A DNA stretch of 64,000 nucleotides, taken from the NCBI RefSeq assembly GCF_006345805.1, contig NC_043017.1, positions 33,108,001 through 33,172,000 of the forward strand, given 5' to 3'. This DNA is from Octopus sinensis. Lineage: Eukaryota. Of the stretch, positions 38,572-52,109 are shown in pieces. The notes below the pieces were generated by a model. It was not told the origin of the DNA. It did not search any database and worked only from the letters and a program-made list of their open reading frames with translations. The position numbers and the translations under genes are program-made. Numbering within the stretch: position 1 is the stretch's first letter; the number at the start of each line of letters is the position of its first letter.

Positions 38572-40607
38572 TGATTAATAAAGCCATAACTGAAGACAGC
38601 CACAGAAAGAAGAAAGGCCTCAGTATGGCCTGGATCGACTACAAAAATGCGTTTGATAGCATTCCCACACATGGATCCTCGAAACACTAGCCATTAACAA
38701 AGTAGTACCAACAATTATAAAATTCATAGGACACTCTATGAATAAATGGCAAACAGTGCTACAGCTCCAAACAAAAGAGGGACTCATGAAAACCAAAGCC
38801 ATTCCCATTAGAAGAGGAATATTCCAGGGAGACACGCTCTCTCCACTCCTTTTCTACTTGGCACTGTCACTTCTATCTGATATGCTGAATAGAACTGGAT
38901 GCGGATATAAATGTTACGGCAAAACGATCAGCCACCTTTTATATATGGATGACCTAAAACTATACGCTGCAAATGACAAACAGCTGGAAACACTATTAAA
39001 GACAGTTCATGGATTTACCAAAGAAATAGATATGAAATTTGGATTAGAAAAATGTGCCAAAGTAACCATGAAAAGAGGAAAACTAGTTAAGAGTAGCAAC
39101 ATCACACTAGATAAAACCAGTGAAATAAAAGAATTAGACCAAAGCCAAACTTACAAATACTTAGGAATCCATGAACTAGATAAGACACAACACACACAAA
39201 TGAAAGAGAAAATAAAAAAGAATATTATAGACGAGGTAGATCAATACTAAAAACAGAGCTCAATGCTAAAAACAAGATAATAGGTATTAACACTTTAGCT
39301 GTCCCAGTTATAAGTTACAGCTACAATATCCTTAATTGGACACTAAATGAACTGACCAAACTAGATAGGAAAACAAGAAAAATAATGACAGGATCTAGGA
39401 TGCATCACCCAAAATCTGACATAGAAAGACTATATATACAACGTATAGAAGGTGGTAGAGGCCTTATACAGCTGGAAAACTAATATAAAATAACCACCAA
39501 AGGACTGCAAAAATATCTACTTCAGAAGGAAGGAAAACAGATACAAATAGCGGCAAAACACGAGCAAAACAAAAAACTGTTCTCAGTATTTAAGGAAGCT
39601 GACAAATACAAACAAGAAATCATACCACCTAACAAATATGAAGAAGGAGAAGAAGAAGAAGAAGATGAAGAAACAACAAAAGCTATAAAACAAATGAAAT
39701 CCAAACTAAAAATAGAACAGCAAAGAACCATGATAAAACGATGGCAAGAAAAGCCCCTTCATGGTAAATACTGGACTAAACTAAATGCAAAACAAATAGA
39801 CAAAGAAAAATCCCAGTAATGGTTGAAAAGCTCAGGACTCAAAGCAGAAACAGAGGGATTTTTAATTGCAGCACAAAACAAAAGCCTCCCCACCAGAAAT
39901 TACCAAAAACATGTAATGAAAAGAAATATAACAAGTAACTGCAGAATATGTGTAGATGGACAAGAAACAATAAATCATATTATCTCTGGCTGCCCAGTCC
40001 TGGCTAAGAAGGAATATATTCACAGATATGACGAGTTTGGAACCTACTACACTGGAAACTATGCCAACATTATGGAATAACAACAGAAAAAAGATGGTAT
40101 AGGCACACACCACCGAAAAGGTCACAGAAAACGAGAAAGCAACCATACTCTGGGATATGCCGATACACACAGATGAGAAATTAAGGCCAACAGACCAGAT
40201 ATAGTTGTCAGAGATCATGAAGAAAAAAAATGCTTTCTAATTGATGTATCAATACCGGCAGATGACAACGTGGCTCTAAAAGAAATGGAGAAACTTTCAA
40301 AATACAAAGACCTGGAAATAGAGGTAACCAGAATGTTGAATCTAAAAACGGAAACAATTCCTATCATAGTAGGTGCATAAGGCATGATAAAAAAATTTTC
40401 AGACAAATACATAACAAAAACACCAGGACTTACAACCACATATAACATACAGAAAATTGCACTACTAGGCACTGCACACATCCTACGCAGAACACTTTCC
40501 ATACAATAACCATCAGAGCATCACAACAAATCACAGCACATACCCAAGGCACACAGAGCTGCGCTCGGTAGTGAAGTGAAAGCACGCTATAAAAATAAAA
40601 CTACTGA
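38572..40607 (+). mobile_element. Dong-like family C, main part (RT, CCHC, RLE, 3' UTR), decayed
   Basis: AWIDYKNAFDSIP; GIFQGDTLSPLLF; YMDDLK; CRIC..ETINHIISGC; RPDI..IDVSIP..KYKDL. Several stops; ends in (TAA)n. Confidence 0.9.
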
Positions 40608-40614
40608 ATAATAA

Positions 40615-40664
<50 letters not shown>

Positions 40665-40684
40665 TAATAATGATGATAATGATA

Positions 40685-40738
<54 letters not shown>

Positions 40739-40810
40739 GTGACGACGACGACGATGACGATGACGATGATGATGATGATGGCGATGATGATGATGATGAT
40801 GTTGATGATG

Positions 40811-40843
<33 letters not shown>

Positions 40844-40885
40844 GTGGTGGTGGTGGTTGTGGTGGTGATGATGATGATGATGATT
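40608..40885. repeat. (TAA)n grading into (GAT)n/(GAC)n
   Basis: Direct reading. Confidence 0.95.
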
Positions 40886-41140
40886 GATGCATTACCAGAC
40901 AATGGCTCAAATGGCTTCTGATCTTAACTTATTGGAAGTGTTATTGGAAGAAAATTCTGAATTGGCCCCACCTGCAAGGTCATGTGCTGTTTATCTTGAT
41001 ATGAGATCGCTATGTTGCGCACATATGATTGTGATGTATGTGCCTGATGTAGCCTTATCGGACGGGTAATCATGATGGGTATACTGGGCTTCGTATATTT
41101 TACCCCAGTCTCACTTTGAGGCATGCACTGCTCTCTCACA
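40886..41140 (+). mobile_element. Probable 3' end of another retroelement
   Basis: Non-simple sequence bounded by (GAT)n and a (TAA)n tail; resembles a recurrent cephalopod repeat tail from memory only. Confidence 0.4.
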
Positions 41141-41192
41141 CAATAATGGTAATAATAATAATGATAATATTAATAATAATAATAATAATAAC

Positions 41193-41244
<52 letters not shown>

Positions 41245-41249
41245 TAATG

Positions 41250-41415
41250 CTTTCAAATTTAGGTACATAGTCAGCAGTTTTGTGAAGGGACCACTGCTCA
41301 ACGGGATGAAAGGCAAAGCCGATCACAGCAGAATTTGAAATCAGTATGTTGAGACTGACGAAATGTCGCTAATAATTTCGCACGGTGTGCTAACGGTTCT
41401 GCCATCTCACCAGAT
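41250..41415 (-). mobile_element. Degraded SINE-A 'b'
   Basis: GGATGAAAGGCAAAG...GAATTTGAA motifs. Confidence 0.6.
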
Positions 41416-41693
41416 TCATCAGGCATTAATATCGACACGAGGGGATAATTTGGGAGGGAGTTAGATTCCAACTTACAACATAGTTGTTTGCAAAACAAAA
41501 CAGAAAATATCAAATATATTACGTTATTGAGTGTAAAGATGAAGTTAGAGATTTACTGTTGAAAAGGCGATAACACACCTAGCACTCCTCTTAATTTGAT
41601 GTCAAAATATAATGTTACTTTAACATGCATGGGGGAAACAAGGACAGTATTGGAGGTAGTGGCTAGTCGTAGATTATGATGAGGATGATGATG

Positions 41694-41725
<32 letters not shown>

Positions 41726-41727
41726 AA

Positions 41728-42121
41728 GGGCGGCGAGCTGGCAAAAACGTTAGCACGCCGGGCGAAATGCGTAGCTGTAATTCGTCTGCCGTTACGTTCT
41801 GAGTTCAAATTCCGCCGAGGTCGACTTTGCCTCTCATTCTTTCGGGGGTCGATAAAATAAAGTACCAATTACGCACTAGGGTCGATGTAATCGACTTAAT
41901 CCGTTTGTCTGTCCTTGTTTGTCCTCTCTGTGTTTAGCCCCTTGTGGGTAGTAAAGAAATAGATATTTCAAATTCCGCCGAGGTCAACTTTGTCTTTCAT
42001 CCTCTTGGAATCGATAAGTTAAGTACCAGTTACGCACTGGGGTCAATGTAATCGACTTAATCCGTTTGTCTCTCCTTGTTTGTCCCCTATATGTTTGGCC
42101 CCTTGTAGGTAGTAAAGAAAC
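41728..42121 (+). mobile_element. SINE-A dimer (a+a) inside a (GAT)n tract
   Basis: Junction AAAGAAATA|GATATTTC; (GAT)n on both sides. Confidence 0.85.
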
Positions 42122-42122
42122 A

Positions 42123-42176
<54 letters not shown>

Positions 42177-42177
42177 A

Positions 42178-42221
<44 letters not shown>

Positions 42222-42769
42222 AATGATAATGATGATGATACTAATGAGGAGGAGGAGGTGGAGGACAATCAAGACAACGATGACGAGAGTGCTGGGAAAT
42301 ATATTTCTAAAGTCATACGAAAATAATGAAGTGTTTTTGCGTGTTTGTCACTGATAATATATTTATGTGGATTCCTTTTTTCGTGCGATGGGCTGTTTCT
42401 TCTTTAGCTTGAGCAGTTTTTTAACGCCTCCATATGTATTTATGAATGGCTACATACAGAATACACACATACACACACACACAAACATATATGAAGGTAT
42501 ATGAGTGTGTGTATGTGCGTGTTTGTGTGTGTATCAGTGTGCATGTGAGTGTACATGCTAGTTTGCGCCAATAATGAGAGGATATGTAAGTATATATGTC
42601 TAATTACATAGATAAAATGTATATCTAGGCGTATTTATATATAAATTTTTTCTATGGGCTACATGCATGCTCTCATATATAATGTATATACACTTATATA
42701 TATCCGTAAATGTATATATGGTAACTTAATCATAGGTATTCTTATATGTATATATTTACACATTTACAT

Positions 42770-42879
42770 ATATATATATATATTTATATATGTGTGTATA
42801 TATATGTATATATGTATATATATATATATGTGTGTGTTTATATATATGTATGTAAATATATTTATGTATTTATATATAT

Positions 42880-42937
<58 letters not shown>

Positions 42938-43021
42938 TATATATACATATATATATATACATATATGTATATATATATATATATATATATACATATTATA
43001 TATATATATATATATATATAT

Positions 43022-43066
<45 letters not shown>

Positions 43067-43090
43067 TGTATATATATATATATATATATG
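42770..43090. repeat. (TA)n microsatellite
   Basis: Direct reading. Confidence 0.95.
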
Positions 43091-43482
43091 CATGCATAAA
43101 GATCTACAGAAATAATTTGAAAAAAGACACAGACACACATACACGCACCCATCTCCTTCTATGATAATCTCAATGATTTTAAAACTGATAAGTTCAATAA
43201 TTAGTTGAGCCTACAGCTAAAGGATGAAGCAGTGTTGTATTGTTTATCACCATAAACTAGCTGTATTTATATATATTTTTAGCAATTTTCTGTTTTTGCA
43301 CACTTCGTTTTTCTTATTTAGTCAGTGATAGCAACTTTATTATTCTGAGCACATTCTCTCAATATAGAACCGGAGAAAGAACTTTGCAACAAGTGAAGAA
43401 AGAGAAAAAAACTGCACTATAAAAGCGAAATTTATTAAAAAGAAATGAAGTACTAACACTACTACTACTACTACTACTACTA

Positions 43483-43515
<33 letters not shown>

Positions 43516-43582
43516 CACTACTATCGATACCTTTACCATCTTAGAGACATCCTGTTCAGTACTTTTCTCATTGCAATTATAT

Positions 43583-43624
<42 letters not shown>

Positions 43625-43629
<5 letters not shown>

Positions 43630-43820
43630 GCCCTGCCGGAAAAAATGCTTAGCGGTTTTTCTTCCGACTTTACGTCTTAATTTCAAGTGCCACCAAGGCT
43701 GAATTTCCCTTTCATTCTTTCGGGATGAATAGAATAAATACCAGGTGTGCAGTGGGGTCGAAAGTAATCGAGTTGCTCCTACTCCCGAAATTTCTAGTCT
43801 TGTGCCAAAATTTGAAATCA
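43625..43820 (+). mobile_element. Degraded SINE-A 'b'
   Basis: Central domain and TCTTGTGCCAAAATTTGAAA tail. Confidence 0.6.
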
Positions 43821-44034
43821 GTAATGTAATGTATGTGTGTACATGCTTATATATATATATATATATATATATATAATCTCAAGATTAATCTCAAGATTAA
43901 TCAGCCGAAATTGCTAAGATGATCTGGTTCTTGACTGATGACTGAGGGCTTCGAATGTCCCGTCCTGTGGTTCTTGTGTCGTCTCTGTGGTGTTTCATGT
44001 TCTTGTCCATGTCTGTAATTATTTTTACTGTTTA

Positions 44035-44089
<55 letters not shown>

Positions 44090-44096
<7 letters not shown>

Positions 44097-44232
44097 TACG
44101 AAAAAAACAAAAGACGAAGACAGGTGGTGTACAAAACAAACAGATGTAATAGAATAACGCTCAGGAATAGAAAAGTCTTTTACGTTTCGAGCCTACGCTC
44201 TTCTACAGAAAGGCACACAGAAAAAACAAGGA
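44090..44232 (-). mobile_element. PLE-type terminal fragment with minimal hammerhead-like motif (44176-44213)
   Basis: Minus strand CCTTT-CTGTAGA-A-GAGC-GTAG-GCTC-GAAAC-GTA-AAAGA; homologous to 56782-56819. Confidence 0.6.
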
Positions 44233-44235
44233 TAT

Positions 44236-44312
<77 letters not shown>

Positions 44313-44881
44313 ACATATAGTAGTAACAGAAAAGAGGAATTTCGATTATCCCCACGTGGTGAGTTGTAATGTATATTAGAAATTAAAAAAGGAAAATACG
44401 CACATTTACATAGTTTTAATATAAATGTTAATATATCGACCGGTTTCGCTACCGCTATTCATGATATTATGTTTTATTTATTTGAATATATATTTTTTCT
44501 TAAGAAGAAGTTTGGTCCATGTTGTGTGTGATGAAATTCATGAGTGAATGACTTCACAAGTAGATAAATAAAGGGAGGTAATTGGTTGTTATTATTGTTA
44601 TTGTTGTGTGTAAGGGAGATAACTTTTCAGCTTTCGGTAATGGGTGGGGATTAAATATGTGTACAGAACAGAGACTTTGGTTGCTATATATGCAGTGAGG
44701 GATATTTGGTTTGACGAAATGGAAAGCGCTGAAAAAGGGAGACGGAAATGAAAGCAGTGAAACCAACCGAGGCAGCAACAAGAAGTTCCAGATTCCAGAG
44801 CACTAGTTAGGGCTCTGAGGGGCATCAACCTTGTACCCGAAAAGAAGCGAGCAGACGCCCTGTTCCTTAACAGTAGAAACC

Positions 44882-45114
44882 TATTTCTTTATTACCCACA
44901 AGGGGCTAAACACAGAGAGGACAAACAAGGACAGACATTGGTATTAAGTCGATTACATCGACCCCAGTGCGCAACTGGTACTTAATTTATCGACCCCCGA
45001 AAGGATGAAAGGCAAAGTCGACCTCGGCGGAATTTGAACTCAGAACGTAACGGCTAGACGAAATACGGCTAAGCATTTCGCCCGACGTGCTAACGTTTCT
45101 GCCAGCTCGCCGCC
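44882..45114 (-). mobile_element. SINE-A ('a' tail) with 15-bp TSD
   Basis: TTAACAGTAGAAACC at 44867-44881 and 45115-45129. Confidence 0.93.
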
Positions 45115-45631
45115 TTAACAGTAGAAACCGGCAACACCACCACCTCATTGTAGTGTAATATGGGATTGACGTTGGTTGTGGGCGTTACTACTTTAACTGT
45201 CTGGAGAATTCCAAAAAGTAAAAGAGAAAAGTCAAGGAAAGAAGAAATTGAAAAGCAACAAAAATCAATTAAAACGGGTGGACAAAAACAACCTCCTCAA
45301 AACGATAATGATGCCCCCCCCCACTCCGCACTCTGATGATAATGATGTTGAAAAGAGCAATGTCTTCAGATTCAACTTCCTATGGAGACAAAACGAATAT
45401 CTAAGAGGCAAAATCACGTATCTGTTTTGTCATCGATATTCTACTGATGTAAATATGACTAAGTCACAAGAAAGCATGCAATGGATACATTGTTGTTAGA
45501 TGCAACAGAAAGTTATTACAGAGAACTGAAACGATAGATTCATGATAACATGACTTTATATCGATCTTAAACAATTCAAAACCGTTAACCAAAGTCTTTG
45601 AATACACGACGAAGCAGTAGAACCAATAACC

Positions 45632-45865
45632 TATTTCTTTACTACCCACAAGGGGCTAAACACAGAGGGAGCAAACAAGGACAGACAAACGGATTAAGTC
45701 GATTATATCGACCCCAGTGCATAACTGGTACTTATTTAATCGACGCCGAAAGGATGAAAGGCTAAGTCGACCTCGGCGGAATTTGAACTCAGAACGTAGC
45801 GGCAGACGAAATACTGCTAAGCATTTCACCCGGCGTGCTAACGACTCTGCCAGCTCGCCGGCTAA
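45632..45865 (-). mobile_element. SINE-A ('a' tail) with 16-bp TSD
   Basis: AGTAGAACCAATAACC at 45616-45631 and 45866-45881. Confidence 0.93.
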
Positions 45866-46480
45866 AGTAGAACCAATAACCGGTGATTTAGGACATTGCT
45901 TGCACAAGCTAGCCAAGCCATTGACCCTCATCTCACCCCATATTTAGATGGTAAACCTAAAAATTTGCATTGATTATTTTCTGCTTCATTACATTTTGTC
46001 CAGTTACTCTTTCGGGGTAATTACATATTTTGTAAATTTTAAATTTGTCCTTGTTTTAATTACATAACGACTGTCAATCCTTTATACGTCTTTGTATAAT
46101 TTTTTGGTCCCACCACACAAATAATTGTAAACCTGTTTAAATGTACATCGTATTTTTGTGTCTGTTCAGCAACTTTGGCTATTATGAAAAGTCGTAAGAG
46201 TGTTAGGAAACACCATTCGGGGTTCATACTGACTCTTCGAGTTGATGTCCCACTGGGGTCAATATTTTAACAAATAATACTACTACTAATAATAACAACA
46301 ACAATAATAATAATAATAATAATAATAACAACAATAATAATAATAATAACAACAACAACAACAACGACAACAATAATAATAATAATAATCCTTTCTTCTA
46401 AAGGCACAACCCATGTCCACCCTTTAGTACCTGTGTACATTTGTTGTTGTTGTTATTCTAATTATTATTATTATTATTGT

Positions 46481-46897
46481 TCAGTAGTCTTATTTTTTCT
46501 CACGTGCTTTCACTTCACTACCGAGCACAGCTTTGTGTGTGTTGGGTATGTGCTGTGGTTTGTTGTGATGCTCTTATTTTCACTGTATTGAAAGTATTTT
46601 GCGTAGGCTGTGGGCAGTGCCCGATAGTGCAATTTTCTGTATGTTATATGTGTTTGTAAGTCCTGGTGTTTTTGTTATATATTTGTCTGAATATTTTGTT
46701 ATCATGCCTAATGCACCTACTATGATAGGAATTGTTTCTGTTTTTAGATTCCACATTCTAGTTACCTCTATTTTCAGGTCTTTGTATTTTGAAAGTTTCT
46801 CCATTTCTTTTAGAGACACGTTGTCATCTGCTGGTATTGATACATCAATTAGAAAGCATTTTTTTTCTTCATGATCTCTGACAACTATATCTGGCCT
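46481..46897 (-). mobile_element. Dong-like family C 3' fragment
   Basis: Reverse-complement homologue of 40190-40607 (EKLSKYKDLKIEV...IPIIVGALG); ends in (TAA)n on its own strand. Confidence 0.88.
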
Positions 46898-47106
46898 GGC
46901 GTTCTTTTCGCCCGTCTTTGCGTTCTGATTTCAAATTCCGTGAAGGTCGATTTTGCCTTTCATTCTTTCGAGGTCGATGAAATAAGTACGAGTTGAATAC
47001 TGGGGTCGATGTAATCGACTTAACCCATACCCCAAAGTGTGAGGCCTTGTACCTTTAGAAGAAAGGATTATTATTATTATTATCATTATCATTGTTATTA
47101 TTATTA

Positions 47107-47167
<61 letters not shown>

Positions 47168-47190
47168 CATTATTATTATTATTATTATTA

Positions 47191-47249
<59 letters not shown>

Positions 47250-47460
47250 CAAGGCAGCGAGCTGGCAGAATCGGTAGCACACTGGGCGAAATGCTTAGCA
47301 GCACTTTGTCCGTGTTTGCATTATGAGTTCCAGTTCGCCAAGATTGACATTGCCTTTTTTGGTCGATGAATAAAGTACGAGTCGAGCGCTGGCGTCGATG
47401 TAATCGACTGTTCCCTTCCCCTAAAATTTCAGGCTTTTGTACCTATGGTAGAAAAGATTC
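46898..47460 (+). mobile_element. Two SINE-A 'b' copies separated by a (TTA)n tail (47068-47248)
   Basis: Tail GGCCTTGTACCTTTAGAAGAAAGGATTATT runs directly into (TTA)n. Confidence 0.75.
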
Positions 47461-47495
47461 CTCTTGCTATTATATATTAAAATGCAAGTTGTCAG

Positions 47496-47542
<47 letters not shown>

Positions 47543-47559
47543 ATGTGCGTGTTGTGTGA

Positions 47560-47851
47560 ACCACTTCTACTCCTACAATTACGGGGACGTAAACACACCA
47601 GCATCGGTAGTCAAGCGATGTTGGGGGGGACAAACGCAGACACACAAACATATACACACACATACATATATATATATATACATATATACGACGGGCTTCT
47701 TTCAGTTTCCGTTTACCAAATCCACCCACAAGGCTATGGTCGGCCCGAGGCTATAGTAGAAGACACTTGCCCAAGGTGCTACGCAGTGGGACTGAACCCA
47801 GAACCATGTGGCTGGTAAGCAAATTACTTACCACACAGCCACTCCTACGCC
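47560..47851 (-). mobile_element. SINE-B, 3'-clipped
   Basis: Head CACAGCCACTCCTACGCCT in reverse; CORE-like motif present. Confidence 0.85.
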
Positions 47852-47999
47852 TATAGTTCAAAAGACTAAGTCGGCACCAGAGCATGCAATATCTATGAGT
47901 AAACAGGTTTGTCCGCTTTACTCACAATCATTGTATCCTGCTTTAGATGTTCAATTTCATGATCACATTGGATGTAATACATCCCTTGGTATATTTATT

Positions 48000-48157
48000 G
48001 TTACTGTTGTCGTCATTGTCATCATCATCATCACCATTATCACCATCATCATCATTATCATCCTCATCATCACCATCATCAACATCATCAACCTCATCAT
48101 CGTCATCATCATCATCATCATCATCATCATCGTCATTATCATCATCACCTTCATCAC

Positions 48158-48197
<40 letters not shown>

Positions 48198-48370
48198 GTC
48201 ACCATCATCATCATCATCACCACTATCATCATCCTCATCATCATCACCACCATCATCATCCTCATCGTCATCATCGCCTTCATCATCCTCATCACCATCA
48301 TCATCACCATCATCATCACCATCATCATCATCACCATCCTCCTCCTCATCATCATCACCATCATCGTCGT
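48000..48370. repeat. (CAT/CAC)n microsatellite
   Basis: Direct reading. Confidence 0.95.
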
Positions 48371-50567
48371 ATGCAATGTTGAACTGAACAAAATATCCGT
48401 TTCAGTTCTGTGCGGAAAGTAATTCTTAACTTGATTAATTTAGAAAAAAAACAACTTAACTTTTCCCTTCCAGTTTTGCTAACTGGAAAACGTATGCTTG
48501 TTTTAGAGGAAGCACTCCATTACCGACAGTAGAATAAAGGTTTTGTCTTTCGGCATTTTAAAGTGTTTAAGTATTTTGGTTAATAGCCGCGAGCAATACT
48601 TACAACGATGTGCAAGAGATGGAAACGTGAGTGGCTGTACGATGATGACAACCTTGCTGCCAAGGTGATAGTAGCAACTTAAATAATGTACACAAACACA
48701 TCGACGAATTTCTTTCAGCCGAAAAAACTGAATTAACGAAGAAAAAAAAGCTCTACAAAAAGTCAAGCATAGAGAGTTTCAAGCTTAAATATACATTTAA
48801 AAGGGAAGACTAAAATATAAGAGAATAAGGTTAAAAATATCAAATAAAATGGAAAAAATACAGTGCATGCAACAATAGCGATTTCCCTTTTTCGACCGCT
48901 ATGGTTTAAATGGAGCTCTTCGCTTTCAGCTACATTAAGGGACAGAAGGAATGAACGCGTTACTATTGATAATAACAGCTTTCTTCGTTGAAGAATTTAA
49001 CTTCGAGTTAAGGAAGAAGCTGATATAATATTCTCTTCAAAAATAAAAGCGGCTATTCATATATTCTTGAAAGTAGATGGAAGGAGCTCCCGCTGATGTG
49101 TGACTAAATTTCTCCTATCTCGGTTACGGCAGAGCATATAAAAGTGGGTGCCTAGATTTTAAGACTACGACTCTTGCATGGAGAGCGCCAGGACTTGTGC
49201 GTCGTTGCACTAGCTAACCGCCCGATGTCACAGTGTCCGGATTTTAGAAATATGAGAAGGAAGGCATTGAGATATTGTCTGCAATGTTGACTTTCGGTTT
49301 GTCATTACCTTTGCATAAAATATAGTCATGAAATCATACTTAAGATTTCACTCATGGCAAAATCGGTTTGTCTTTGATCCTCACGGGGCCATCTGGGAGT
49401 TGCATTCCGTCGTAGGAATGGAGTGCTCAATTTATTCAGTAACGCACATATACTGATGCTGATTAATAAGCAATCTTTATTATCTTGGTCTTCTGCATCA
49501 ATATTCGTGTTATTAGCTGTGATGGTTCTGTCTGTATGTACTGGAAAGTCTCAAAGAATCGTTATATTTTCTCCTTCAGTTACAGTATCAGGGAGGTACT
49601 TATACCACTTGATCTTATAATGCTGACATATTAACCAATGTAGATATATCACCATTTCTGTCATATCTTGATTTATACTCTGCCGAGGTTAAATTTTACA
49701 TCCAGAGATTAGAGGGCCCACTGTTTCAATTTCATCATTACAGAATCGGCACTTTGGATCTATTCCAGTTTTCATCACACTGGCTTGGTAGTTCTGGATC
49801 AATAAGCTTTGATCTTGAGCATCTAACCTGAAGCATTCGCCCTCTGTCTCTAAACAGCTTATTTTGCTTGTAAAAATCGTTTCTCTTCTCAAATCTTCGT
49901 ATTCTTTGAGCTTTTGCTTGAATGTTTTTGGTTCAGTGTTTCTTTTATTGATATCAGTTTTTCTCTTGGTGAGAATCCATATTTTTCTTCATCTTTCTTG
50001 TTTTTCTGGATCTTACATCATTTTCACAGATTAGCTCACATTGATATTTCCTCTCTCATTAATTCAATCTAATGTTTTCACTTTTACTTTTCCAGTTTGG
50101 AATTCTCCTTAAGTTTGGTTTTCTTCGTGTGTTTTTTTTCCTTTTTTTTTTACAGCTGGTTTCAGTTGCCTTCGCAGATGCATCAATAATTTAACTCAGT
50201 GAGTTCAAGTGTTAATTCTTGTATGAGTTCTTTTGTTATATAGTTAGAAATTTTTTTTGTTTGTATTTGACAGTTTATAATGTGGTTCTCTATCATTTAT
50301 ACTTATATGTCTTACAATTGCACGCTCACCCAGAATTTTGCACTTCACCTTGAACATAGACTCTCTGTGTTCTTCATCAAACGTGCGGTTTTCAAATCAA
50401 ATTCTTTCACCTTTCCTGGCTATCTTTATCAAGTTCATTAGAATTTCTTATTTCTTTAAATCTTTGTGATTTGTTCAGATACAATCTTTCAATTAAGTCC
50501 CGTGGTGGACTACTCTCTCCATTTAATTCTACATTTCCTTACTATTTTAGATCTTTAGATCATTTCT

Positions 50568-51421
50568 GGGATCTTTTCGGTTTGAACGGCAGTTTTTTAA
50601 AATAATTTCCAAGGATCAGAAGTGGCTGTGTGGTAAGTAGCTTGCTTACCAGCCACACAGTTCCTGGTTCAGTCCCACTGCGTGGCACCTTGGGCAAGTG
50701 TCTTCTACTATAGCCTCGGTCCGACCAAAGACTTGTGAGTAGATTTGGTAGACGGAAACTGAACGAAGCCCGTCGTATATATATGTATATATATATGTGT
50801 GTGTGTGTGTGTGTTTGTGTGTCTGTGTTTGTCTCCCCAAAATCGCTTGACAACCGATGCTGGTGTGTTTACGTCCCCGTTACTTAGCGGTTCAGCAAAA
50901 GAGACCGATAGGGTAAGTACTAGGCTTACAAAGAATAAGTCCTGGGGTCGATTTGCTCGACTAAAAGGCGGTGCTCCAGCATGACCGCAGTCAAATGACT
51001 GAAACAAATAAAAGAGAATAAAAGAGAAAAGTAACTAAAAAAATTTAAACTTCATATACGGGTAGAATGTGTTTATAAAACATCTTTTTCTCTTGGCTTT
51101 ATTGAGAAAATTCTATAGTTTGTAAGATATTTGGGTATTTTTTCTTCAATTTCTGAAATTTCAACCAATCAATGACGTCTATTGAGGTGAAAACATTCTG
51201 TGCCGTATGGATATGTCCGTCGTTTAAGAAACAGATTTTGTTTATTTACATTTGTGAAGAAAAAAAAGATACCCTTCCCCCACCCCTAACCCTAACCCTA
51301 ACCTTAACCCTAACCTTAAAACAGATTGAAATGCAATAGATCGATACTAGGGTCATAATTATGGGTGACAATTTCATATGACACCGCTAGAAAAAACTGC
51401 CGCTCAAACCGAAAAGATCCC
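50568..51421. mobile_element. Non-autonomous TIR element with internal (TAACCC)n and 6-bp flanking direct repeats
   Basis: ~30-bp TIR GGGATCTTTTCGGTTTGA(A/G)CGGCAGTTTTTT; ATTTCT at 50562-50567 and 51422-51427; hexamer repeats at 51284-51318. Confidence 0.8.
50612..51030 (+). mobile_element. SINE-B full length, nested in the TIR element
   Basis: Family consensus match. Confidence 0.88.
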
Positions 51422-51889
51422 ATTTCTGCTGCCTCTTTGACGCGATGATTTCACTATCTATGAGTCTATTATTTCTTAAGATGTCCCTCGTAACATTTGT
51501 TAACTTGTTCTCATCCAAATAAGGTCTGCCGTCTTGCTTTCGTGTTCTCCATATTTTTTTTGGAGTTTGCGGTTTGTCTTTCTCTTGTGATGACCTTCCT
51601 AATATATAATAATTACTTCTTTATACTCTTCGCGGGTCCATTTGATCCTGTTACATTTTCCCTTCTGGGGTGGTTGTGCTGGTGATGGTGAACTTGGAGG
51701 GCGCAAGTTGGGACAGTTCCGTTTCAAGTGACCATCCATGTTCGAATTCGGAGAAGAGTTTGTGCCAGTTTTTCGACCCCATGCTGGCTTTTCCCTGAAG
51801 GACGTACTTCCCGGTCAGTCATGGGTAAGCGATTTAGTGTACTGTTTTAATTTTCCTCTTTTTTTCATAAAATACTTTTATGTTACATT

Positions 51890-52087
51890 GACAGTATTGG
51901 ATGGAAGCACTCCGTCGGTTACGACGTCGAGGGTTCCGGTTGATCCGATCAACGGAACAGCCTGCTCGTGAAATTAACGTGTGAGTGGCTGAGCACTCCA
52001 CAGACACGTGCACCCTTAACGTAGTTCTCGGGGATATTCAGCGTGACACAGAGAGTGACAAGGCCGGCCCTTTGAAATACAGGTACA
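51890..52087 (+). mobile_element. SINE-C 3' region
   Basis: Homologous to 21784-21942(-). Confidence 0.7.
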
Positions 52088-52109
52088 ACAGAAACAGGAA
52101 GTAAGCTTT

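Larger units (their letters stand above)
49420..51700 (-). mobile_element. Old, internally deleted Dong-like element (family-B related), interrupted
   Basis: Minus strand: RPYLDENKLTNVTRDILRNNRL (Myb-like, ~51480-51560); AQDQSL..NYQ...CRFC..EIETV..LISGC (49689-49850); 49500-49600 is homologous to 4540-4640. Confidence 0.7.

Noticed and set aside
45335-45370. CTGATGA...GAAA...GTC hammerhead-like order
   Set aside because: Stems I, II and III cannot pair.
51284-51318. (TAACCC)n as a telomere or interstitial telomeric site
   Set aside because: Only ~6 imperfect units, internal to a TIR element.
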